The notes under the pieces: generated by a model
Seen by the model: the letters and a program-made list of their open reading frames with translations, nothing else
What the model was told of the DNA's origin: nothing
Database searches by the model: none
IMG/VR virus record: IMGVR_UViG_3300017967_000018
Location: 1 to 63,869 of that record
Length of the DNA stretch: 63,869 nt
Source of the DNA: a virus
Lineage: Duplodnaviria; Caudoviricetes
Reading direction: 5' to 3' (one strand)
Translations under genes and position numbers: made by a program
Shown here: positions 55,086 to 63,191 of the stretch, one piece after another
Layout: every line of letters begins with the position of its first letter
Position numbering within the stretch: the first letter of the stretch is position 1

Positions 55086-55170
55086 TGCAAACCCTTACGT
55101 TCAAATAGGGGGTTTTTGCATGCCCTGCTAAAAAGCCAATAACATTATATGGATAATAATTTGGCTTTGT

Positions 55171-55208
55171 ATGAGACTGGCCTGTAGGCACCAGTCTCAT
55201 ATTTTTTT
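55171..55208 (+). terminator. Second intrinsic terminator
   Basis: ATGAGACTGG...CCAGTCTCAT followed by ATTTTTTT. Confidence 0.75.
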
Positions 55209-55243
55209 AGAGGTATTTTCATATTTTAATGCAATTATAATGC

Positions 55244-56410
55244 ATGACATGGTATCTAAAACAAATTAAAATTGCTGCTCCGAAAGATAAGATCAGAAGA
55301 TTTAACGTCACTGATCCTGTTTTGCAAGTATTTATTCAGCAATATGAAAAACTTGTAGATTGGAATACGGTCAAAAACGAAGAAGAAATTCAAGATTATA
55401 TTTACGACATTTTGATGCCATCAGTAATTTCTCAAATAGAAAGAGACTCTTCAAATAATGTCTATATTAAAGATGTAGACCTAGAAGCGCAAGCTCAGCA
55501 ATTAGAGAATGACCCCACCTTTATTCATCACCCACAATATCAGCAGGCAATGCAGGCAATGCAATGGTACCGAATGTATCCAGAGCAAGCCAAGCAACAA
55601 GCAATGGCGATTGTTAATGATGAGAAAGAACAGGTGTTTGATAAGTGGTGGAATTATCTTACAGAGGTTAACGAGGAATATAGTGACAATCCAGCTTGGC
55701 AGTATATAATAATGAATTCTTTAGTTAAATCTTCTCCTGATACTTCTCAAACAATGCCAATGACACTAAATGCAGAAGCGCTGGCTGAAATATGGTATGG
55801 ACTAAAAGAAAATCCTGTGCCATTTAACTTTATGAAAAAATATCAAGAAGTATCTGCTAGAATTGATGCTAAAAATGCAGAATTTATTGCAACCGATGAA
55901 ACTGGAACAAACGGGTGGATTTCAATTCCTGGCCAAAAAAATGATCCTCAAAACTTTGAAGAAAATGTAGAGAAACTTATTAGATTCTCTCATGGAAATG
56001 ATTGGTGTACGGCAGCAGGAGGAGCAGGTGGTTTCCTAAAGCAAGGGAACTTCTGGCTATACCTTGAGGGTGGAAGGGCAGTTGTTGCAATAAGAACATT
56101 GGACACTGGAAGTCAAGAGATGGCAGCAGAAATACAAGGGCCAGGAAACAATCCGCCCCTAGGTCAAGTCCAGCAAATTAAACAATTTATAGATTCTAAT
56201 CCAAACATTATTTGGGACAAGGCTATACACTACCAAACTTTAATGGAATCTCTGTCTCAACAGCAGCCTCAACAGCAATTTACTGAAGAGCCTGAAGAAG
56301 ACGAAGAAGATTGGGAGGCATTGCAAGCTGAATGGGATGCATTTGACCAAATACACGGAACCGAAGAAAAGCAGGCTTCTAATAATTGGTATAAAAAAAT
56401 AACAATCTGA
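55244..56410 (+). CDS. Hypothetical protein with an N-terminal WY leader (MTWYLKQIKIA|A) and a C-terminal KQA|SNNWYKK tag
   Basis: 388-aa ORF; WCTA...VAIR...AEIQG core. Confidence 0.75.
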   Translation: MTWYLKQIKIAAPKDKIRRFNVTDPVLQVFIQQYEKLVDWNTVKNEEEIQDYIYDILMPSVISQIERDSSNNVYIKDVDLEAQAQQLENDPTFIHHPQYQQAMQAMQWYRMYPEQAKQQAMAIVNDEKEQVFDKWWNYLTEVNEEYSDNPAWQYIIMNSLVKSSPDTSQTMPMTLNAEALAEIWYGLKENPVPFNFMKKYQEVSARIDAKNAEFIATDETGTNGWISIPGQKNDPQNFEENVEKLIRFSHGNDWCTAAGGAGGFLKQGNFWLYLEGGRAVVAIRTLDTGSQEMAAEIQGPGNNPPLGQVQQIKQFIDSNPNIIWDKAIHYQTLMESLSQQQPQQQFTEEPEEDEEDWEALQAEWDAFDQIHGTEEKQASNNWYKKITI

Positions 56411-56421
56411 TAAAAATAGAC

Positions 56422-56450
56422 TTGACAAAATGCTTAAAATCAAGTATTCT
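56422..56450 (+). promoter_or_regulatory. Sigma70-type promoter
   Basis: TTGACA-N17-TATTCT. Confidence 0.65.
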
Positions 56451-56487
56451 ATGGCAGAAATGCACTGGTTTTAATAGGAAAAATATC

Positions 56488-56988
56488 ATGAAAAGAATAG
56501 AGCCTCAAAACATTGAGGGCAAGACCCTTTATATCTTGCGTGGACCATCTGGTGTTGGCAAAAGCACTTTAGCGAAAGAGCTAGGGGCTAAAGAGACTTT
56601 TTCTGCTGATGACTATTTCATGAAGGGTGACAGTTACGAATTTGACCCCAACGGCCTTGCCTCTGCTCATGGAACTTGTCAAAGATTGACAGAAGAAGCC
56701 ATGCAAAAGGGAGTTTCTCCTGTTGCTGTTGACAATACTTTTACTACTAGGCGAGAAATTAAGCCATATGCTATTCTTGCAAAAAACTATGGCTATAAAT
56801 TAGAATTTGTTGAGCCTGACTGGACACCTGATCTTAGAAATGAAGATGGTACTTGGAATGCTGATTTCATCGAGCAAATGCAGAAAAACCCAGATAGGGC
56901 TAGAATGAACAAAAGTCTTCCAAGGAATGTTGTTGACAAAATGGTAAATAGATATCAGTACGACCTTGATCCTAATGACATCGTGTAA
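56488..56988 (+). CDS. AAA_33/N4BP2-like P-loop (polynucleotide) kinase
   Basis: ILRGPSGVGKSTLA, SADDYF, AHG.CQ, VDNT. Confidence 0.8.
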   Translation: MKRIEPQNIEGKTLYILRGPSGVGKSTLAKELGAKETFSADDYFMKGDSYEFDPNGLASAHGTCQRLTEEAMQKGVSPVAVDNTFTTRREIKPYAILAKNYGYKLEFVEPDWTPDLRNEDGTWNADFIEQMQKNPDRARMNKSLPRNVVDKMVNRYQYDLDPNDIV

Positions 56989-56990
56989 CC

Positions 56991-57323
56991 ATGGGCTATA
57001 CAGAATACAACGCGCAACTCACTCCTGAATTAAAAGGTCTTATATTAGAATTTGTACAAACTAATAACGCAAGTCCTACAGGCATATGGAGAGACTTTCA
57101 ATGCGTCCATCGTTCTTGGAGGAACTTGCAAAATTTTGTTGACGCAGGATTGCTCATAGAGTCAGATGTGCCCGACGAGCCTGATGCCACAGATTATCCT
57201 GATACATCGTCTGATGCAACAGTTCAATGTCCAGAAAGCTGCTGTAAAAACTGCATGCCCGTTCGAGGTTGTCAGTGTGCATTTTGTCACGACAAAACTT
57301 ACGAGCCACCACCTACAGGCTAA
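56991..57323 (+). CDS. Hypothetical protein with Cys-rich C-terminus
   Basis: CPESCCKNC...GCQCAFC. Confidence 0.6.
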   Translation: MGYTEYNAQLTPELKGLILEFVQTNNASPTGIWRDFQCVHRSWRNLQNFVDAGLLIESDVPDEPDATDYPDTSSDATVQCPESCCKNCMPVRGCQCAFCHDKTYEPPPTG

Positions 57324-57324
57324 T

Positions 57325-57516
57325 TTATTCTGAGATATTATTCTGTGAACTGGCCTGATCTGACCCTTTAAGCTTATCAAAGAAATTGGAGAATGGAGAC
57401 TTTCCTTTCTCAGCGCCAGTATCTAGCTGTTGCTTTAATTGTTCAAAGTCTATGTGGTTGGGATTTGCTCCCACTCCCTTTAGTTCGCCTCTTCTAATCG
57501 GTTCTGGCTTTGGCAT
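57325..57516 (-). CDS. Hypothetical small protein
   Basis: SD AAGGAG, coupled to the upstream gene. Confidence 0.6.
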   Translation of the reverse strand: MPKPEPIRRGELKGVGANPNHIDFEQLKQQLDTGAEKGKSPFSNFFDKLKGSDQASSQNNISE

Positions 57517-58149
57517 TTAGTTCTCCTTGAGTTCTATTAGTTGGTCTTTGATTTCTTTCAATTTACAATTATATGGATACCATCCTTTAGGCATATCAGA
57601 TAGATATTTATTGATAGTATGATCATATATCATAGCCCATTTATTCTGTAGTTCAATAGACTGTGTTTTTATTTTATCTTTCGATGAACTAGTTGAGATT
57701 TCAGCATATTCTTCTGCTTCTTTTTTTATTTCATGCCATTCTTCTACGGACTCAGGAATACCGCCCCAATGGAGAATTTTATTGTCAGAAGAAATAACCC
57801 ACTTCTTGAATTTAAATGGGTTATTGCTTTTAGCTATTAGTTTCTTGGTAAAATTAACAGTATTTAGGTCGTATCCCAAATCCTCTAGTTCATCAAGCGG
57901 CATGTAAAGAGGCGAATCGTCTGAGTCGTTTACCGACATTAGGTCTTCTGAAAAATATATTGTTTTAAGAACAATATCTACTTCTTTAATGCTTGCCTTC
58001 TCATTGTTGTAGTTGTCGGCAAGCTGGCCCCATGCATAGGCCTTCTTGACTCCATGAATAGCTGTTAAATTAGCTACCAGTTGGCCCAAGTCATCTTTAA
58101 CCTCTGAAATTTGAGGCATACTTTTTTTATACCAAGACTTTGTTTTCAT
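57517..58149 (-). CDS. WYK-leader protein with a degenerate Pol-beta nucleotidyltransferase-like N-terminal domain
   Basis: MKTKSWYKKS; GVKKAYAWGQ.A......EVDIVL resembles hG[GS]...DhDh. Confidence 0.5.
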   Translation of the reverse strand: MKTKSWYKKSMPQISEVKDDLGQLVANLTAIHGVKKAYAWGQLADNYNNEKASIKEVDIVLKTIYFSEDLMSVNDSDDSPLYMPLDELEDLGYDLNTVNFTKKLIAKSNNPFKFKKWVISSDNKILHWGGIPESVEEWHEIKKEAEEYAEISTSSSKDKIKTQSIELQNKWAMIYDHTINKYLSDMPKGWYPYNCKLKEIKDQLIELKEN

Positions 58150-58246
58150 AGTGTTATATATTTTTTATTTATTAAAAATCCTTCTTTATTATTGTGACGA
58201 AGGCGTAATAGACGATAATAGTATAAACGGATTTTGAGGAAAATTT

Positions 58247-59239
58247 ATGTACAAGTATCAAATAATCGGATCATTTTTAGGGACCGCTGTAGGCGATGCT
58301 CTTGGCATGACTGTAGAGATGAAAACTCCAGAATTTATTAAAGATAAATATGGCAGGATAACAGACTACATACAGGTTGAGGGAGAAGTTAAATCTAAAG
58401 GCGAATGGACCGATGACACACAACTTATGCTTGCGACAGCAGAGGCTATGATTGAAGCAAAAGGCTTTGATATGGATGCAATAGCCGAACATCACAAAAA
58501 AGCATATAAAGAATCAACCTTCGGCTGGGGCGCAAGCACTAAAAGTGCCGTAAAAAACATGACAGAAGGCACAGCTTGGCACAAAGCAACAGAAGTAGCC
58601 TACTTTGGCCAAGGATCGGGAAATGGCGTTGTCATGAAGCTCCTGCCAGTGGCAGCGTATTGCGCCAAGAAAAAGATAGATTTTAAGGAAGCATCTAAGA
58701 TACTTTGGAATTTTACTGCAATGACCCACACTAGCACAGTGGCGCAGCAAGCCACTTTTGCTCACTACACTGCACTACGAGATATCTTTGACTCTGGGCA
58801 AAGTAAATTTGATTCTGCTACATTTATAAACAAAATACATAAAGATTTAACAGAATATTCTTCTTTTGCTTTTTATAGTGTAGACAAAGAAGAAAACTTG
58901 ATAAAACAATACGATAGAATCAAAGATCTTCCCCTGATGCTTGATGAATCTAATGATGCAGAACAATTTAGAAGCACTATAGGAAAGGGTGGGTGCTATG
59001 TCTATGAAAGCATACCCTTGGTTCATGCTATATTTTTAACTGATCCTATGAATTTTGAATGTGTAATTAATACTGTTAATTATGGCGGGGACACAGGCAG
59101 CAATGCTTCTATGGTTGCTGGATTGCATGGGGGACTAGTAGGAGAAAAACAGATACCAAAGAATTTGATTAAGGAATTAGAGGGCAAAGACAGGACTATT
59201 GATGTGGCAAACAAATTTTGGGAGTTATTAAATGATTGA
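58247..59239 (+). CDS. ADP-ribosylglycohydrolase (ARH/DraG family)
   Basis: G.AVGDALG, WTDDTQ, GNG..MK, MTH, GGDTGSN. Confidence 0.9.
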   Translation: MYKYQIIGSFLGTAVGDALGMTVEMKTPEFIKDKYGRITDYIQVEGEVKSKGEWTDDTQLMLATAEAMIEAKGFDMDAIAEHHKKAYKESTFGWGASTKSAVKNMTEGTAWHKATEVAYFGQGSGNGVVMKLLPVAAYCAKKKIDFKEASKILWNFTAMTHTSTVAQQATFAHYTALRDIFDSGQSKFDSATFINKIHKDLTEYSSFAFYSVDKEENLIKQYDRIKDLPLMLDESNDAEQFRSTIGKGGCYVYESIPLVHAIFLTDPMNFECVINTVNYGGDTGSNASMVAGLHGGLVGEKQIPKNLIKELEGKDRTIDVANKFWELLND

Positions 59240-59426
59240 TGAAACTCACATCTGCATTAATGGAAACTATCTTGAACCCTTAGAAAACCTAAGAGCAAGC
59301 CCTACTCCAGGAAAAAAGATTGCAATTCAGGGAGAGCCTCTTGAAATAAGATGTGCCTTCAGGTACCATGACGAAGAGAGAACAATTCTATATATTGATT
59401 TAATGAGAGATATCAAAAAGCAATGA
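59232..59426 (+). CDS. Hypothetical protein
   Basis: Coupled ORF. Confidence 0.55.
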   Translation: MIDETHICINGNYLEPLENLRASPTPGKKIAIQGEPLEIRCAFRYHDEERTILYIDLMRDIKKQ

Positions 59427-60715
59427 ATAAAACAATAGTTACAATAACGAATAAAGACTATCTAATAGGAACATATGTAATGTTCTATAGTCTTTTAAAA
59501 AATGGCAATATCAACAATTTTACATTTCATGTCATGACTGATGGTGATGTAGATTTATTAAAGCTTAAGGGAACGCTATACAATATATCATCAAAACTCA
59601 AAAAAGAAGTTGAGGTAAATATTAGCTTGCTAGATTTTGATGTCAAGGGAAATACTTTAGAGTTTTACAAAAACGCTCTTGCTAAATTTAATGTGTTCAA
59701 GCTAGATTATGAAGAATTGGTTTTTTTAGATTCGGACTTATTAATACTTGGTGACATATCTGAATTATTTAATATAGAAGCGGATTTTGCTGCCTGCAAA
59801 GACATGGGGACTACTAGTGAATTTAATACAGGGGTCATGCATATTAAAAAGAGTTGGCTGAAAGAAGAATTTTATCATTGGCTTCTTAACTCTGCTGAAA
59901 AAAGATTTTCATACAGAGGAGATCAAGAACACATTAATGATCTAGTTAAAAATAACTACGAAGTTATTTCTCCTTACTACAATACCCTAAAAGATCAACA
60001 TAGACATCTGGGCAGTTGGATACATAATGTAAAAATATTGCATTATATTTCTAAAAAACCATGGCAACCATATAACCCCAATTTACACAAATCTGGCAAT
60101 CTGGAATATTTAGGAATAGAAAAATTATGGTTTGAATATTTTCATGAATTAAACTTGAAAAACTATTATCTATTTAAAGACAGAACTGAACTCATTAAAT
60201 ATGTTGCAGATCAATATCCAAAAGGGTACGGAGTAGAAGTAGGAGTTCAGGAAGGAAAATTCTCAAAGACAATCTTGGAAAATTGGGATTGTGAAACTCT
60301 ATTTTTAATTGATCCATGGGAAGAGTTTGAAGAATATAAAAATGACTTAGGAGCAGTTTCTCAAGAGCAGCATGAACATAATCTTAATAAAACTATAGCA
60401 AATACATTTGGGTATGATGATAAAGTAGAGATCATAAGAGACTATAGTGTTAACGCTGCCAAAGAATTTCACGATGAAAGCCTAGACTTTGTTTACCTTG
60501 ACGCTCGACATGATAAAAAAGGCATTAAAGAGGATATTGAGGCCTGGTGGCCCAAGGTGGCCAAGGGTGGGATTTTAGCGGGGCACGACTATGCTAACTA
60601 TAATAATCCCAATAACTTGATCGAAGTCAAAGAAGTAGTAGATGATTTTTGTCCAGAAGTAAATTGTACTCTTGACGGACCATTCCCCTCTTGGTGGATA
60701 AAAAAAACTCAATAA
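59423..60715 (+). CDS. GT8 glycosyltransferase fused to a class I SAM methyltransferase (Methyltransf_24-like)
   Basis: FLDSD, FNTGV, GDQ..IN, ILHY..KKPW; then VEVGV..G, LDFVYLDARH, GGILAGHDY. Confidence 0.88.
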   Translation: MNKTIVTITNKDYLIGTYVMFYSLLKNGNINNFTFHVMTDGDVDLLKLKGTLYNISSKLKKEVEVNISLLDFDVKGNTLEFYKNALAKFNVFKLDYEELVFLDSDLLILGDISELFNIEADFAACKDMGTTSEFNTGVMHIKKSWLKEEFYHWLLNSAEKRFSYRGDQEHINDLVKNNYEVISPYYNTLKDQHRHLGSWIHNVKILHYISKKPWQPYNPNLHKSGNLEYLGIEKLWFEYFHELNLKNYYLFKDRTELIKYVADQYPKGYGVEVGVQEGKFSKTILENWDCETLFLIDPWEEFEEYKNDLGAVSQEQHEHNLNKTIANTFGYDDKVEIIRDYSVNAAKEFHDESLDFVYLDARHDKKGIKEDIEAWWPKVAKGGILAGHDYANYNNPNNLIEVKEVVDDFCPEVNCTLDGPFPSWWIKKTQ

Positions 60716-60776
60716 AGCATAATCTAATGTCATTCTTTAAAGGAAAAAATCATGAACATTTGAAATAAAAAGTGCC

Positions 60777-62429
60777 ATGAGTAGAAAGTTTTCCAATAAA
60801 AGAATAGTTAAAGTTAGGTCCAAAAAATCTAGAAAGTCCAAGAAAAATAAAAGCAATCCAACTACACCTTCGACCAGTAGCTTGCAGTTGTTTTTAATGA
60901 CTAAAAACGAAGACAATTTAATAGATGATTGGTTAACATATCATTCTCATCTTGTGGGGCCAGAAAATATTTATGTTATTGATTCTTCTGACTCTAAAAA
61001 AGTATTAGAAATTTATGATAAACATCCAAAAATAAATCTGTTTAAAACAAATGAGAATCTTAATGGACTTAGTAATTATATAACATACTTGATTCATAAA
61101 TATAAAAAAGATTTTGTTATTAAAATGGACACTGATGAATTTTTGGCCTATGAAGAAAATGGGCAAATTAAAAACTCAAATTTTTTAGAACAAATAAATA
61201 AATTGCCCAAAACTCAAATGAGATACAGGGCAAAGGGACAATATGTCAGCATTCCCATAGAAAATTGCCAAAGACCCTGCTTTGATTTGCTGGATTTTTT
61301 CCCTTTTGATTATAATCTAAGATACAAAGCTTTTTTTCACTCATCAGGATTTGTTGGCATGGACCTAGGAGGGCATCATGGTCAAGCAAAAATTGCTGGC
61401 GACATAGAAACTAATTTAGTAGTTATCCATTATCACTTCAAGAGTTTTGATGAATATATTAAACAAACAAAAAAAGTTCTTTTATCACATGGATATATTA
61501 AGGAGGAAGACAACGACAATGTTGCATTAAAGAAACTAAAAGAACACAGAGGCAGTGTGTCCCACCACCGAAAAGATTTTTATATAAACTACTTAAAGTC
61601 TGGGAAAGAAAAATTTGGAGTATTTTGCGATAAACACCAGGGTACACAAGAAATAGATTTAATAAAAGAAACTCTTATAGGCCAGAATAGACCTCTAGTT
61701 AATCCAATAATATCGAAAATGATTGAAATCTATGGCCAAGAAGGATTTGAATTTGTCTTTGAAGATCAATCTAGAGGTCTATTAATGAGACATCCTAGTG
61801 ACCCTATTACCGATCTACTGAATGATCCAATGGTTAAAAATTTGGAATTCTTGCCCTGGGGAATGGCATGTTCAACAAATGATATAGAACTCTTTCATCG
61901 CATGACTAGGAATGTTGATGCACGGAACATATTTATCGTTGGCAACGCATGGGGGTTTAGCGCTATGTGTTTTGCGGCAATGTGCCCTTTAGCAAATATT
62001 GATGTTATTGATGCCGAAGATGCTTGCAACCCTGATGTTCAACCTATTTTTGGACCTAGACTTAAAGAATTTACTGCAACGGCAAGAAAAGTTGCAGGCA
62101 AACACTATCCAGGAAGAGTCAATATCACAACAGGTTACTCGCCTCAAGATACTCTAAATGCAATTAGGGAAGGTGTGAAATATGATGTAGTATTCATTGA
62201 TGGAGAACATACCAATGATGCAATGAAAGCAGATTATTATGGTATTAAAAATTATCTATCCGAAAAATGCATCATATTTTTTCATGACATTAGAATTGGT
62301 AATTTACATAGTGGCATGAAAGATATTATTGAAAATGCTAAAAAGGACGGGTTTGACTATTTTCAAGTAGATGTTCCTGAATCCAGCTTTGGAATGGGAG
62401 TGATTGCAAGAGGAATAAGCCCTTTGTAA
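60777..62429 (+). CDS. GT2/GT92-like glycosyltransferase fused to a SAM methyltransferase
   Basis: KNED..I..W..YH, MDTDEF, IHYHFKS; C-terminal YDVVFIDGEH...IFFHD. Confidence 0.8.
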   Translation: MSRKFSNKRIVKVRSKKSRKSKKNKSNPTTPSTSSLQLFLMTKNEDNLIDDWLTYHSHLVGPENIYVIDSSDSKKVLEIYDKHPKINLFKTNENLNGLSNYITYLIHKYKKDFVIKMDTDEFLAYEENGQIKNSNFLEQINKLPKTQMRYRAKGQYVSIPIENCQRPCFDLLDFFPFDYNLRYKAFFHSSGFVGMDLGGHHGQAKIAGDIETNLVVIHYHFKSFDEYIKQTKKVLLSHGYIKEEDNDNVALKKLKEHRGSVSHHRKDFYINYLKSGKEKFGVFCDKHQGTQEIDLIKETLIGQNRPLVNPIISKMIEIYGQEGFEFVFEDQSRGLLMRHPSDPITDLLNDPMVKNLEFLPWGMACSTNDIELFHRMTRNVDARNIFIVGNAWGFSAMCFAAMCPLANIDVIDAEDACNPDVQPIFGPRLKEFTATARKVAGKHYPGRVNITTGYSPQDTLNAIREGVKYDVVFIDGEHTNDAMKADYYGIKNYLSEKCIIFFHDIRIGNLHSGMKDIIENAKKDGFDYFQVDVPESSFGMGVIARGISPL

Positions 62430-62441
62430 GGTGTATGTAAA

Positions 62442-63191
62442 ATGAAAGTACTATACTTAACTCAAGTCCATTCAAGTATCCCCGACCGCTATAAAAACCT
62501 TTCTAACATAGTGGCATTGTCCTACAAGGAAAGAAGTAACCAGACAGCCTTCTTTGCTCCCAACACAAGCTGGACAGAAGGCAGAAATCTACTTATCTAT
62601 TATGCTCACAATACTCCATCTTTGAAAAAGTATGACTATTATTGCTTGTTAGATGAAGACTTAGAATTAGATGACTGGTCAGGGCTAGAGAAAGAAATAG
62701 AGACTTTAAAGCCAGAAATTGCTACTCCTCGTTGTTGGGACTATAGTTCAGGTAAACAAACATTCGGCGGGATAACATCACAAAACTTTAAGGTTAATTC
62801 TGAAAATTACAAATATCAAACCGTTGATTTTTATGACGCTGCCTGCAACTACTTTTCTCGCAAGGTGTTTTTTGACTCAAGGATATTTCCATATGTTGAA
62901 AAGTACGATAAAGATAGCTGGTGGACATCTCAATTTATTCACTTCACTAGAACAAACAAATACTATGCAAATGAGATAGTTCAGTTCAACATGTTTAATA
63001 TAAGTAATGTTCAGCACAGGCCCTACCCTAGAGGACTTAAATCCTTTAGTGTTGCGGCTCAAGAACAAAGACAAGAACTAGGAAATATTTCTATGTCCGA
63101 AACATTAGGTTTTAATTGGCCACTGGAGTTAAGAGTGCATGCATCTAAAAGGAAAATAAAAAATGCCTACAGCAGTAATCACAACCATTAA
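62442..63191 (+). CDS. Glycosyltransferase-like protein (GT-A)
   Basis: SWTEGRN.L, YDYY.LLDED. Confidence 0.6.
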   Translation: MKVLYLTQVHSSIPDRYKNLSNIVALSYKERSNQTAFFAPNTSWTEGRNLLIYYAHNTPSLKKYDYYCLLDEDLELDDWSGLEKEIETLKPEIATPRCWDYSSGKQTFGGITSQNFKVNSENYKYQTVDFYDAACNYFSRKVFFDSRIFPYVEKYDKDSWWTSQFIHFTRTNKYYANEIVQFNMFNISNVQHRPYPRGLKSFSVAAQEQRQELGNISMSETLGFNWPLELRVHASKRKIKNAYSSNHNH

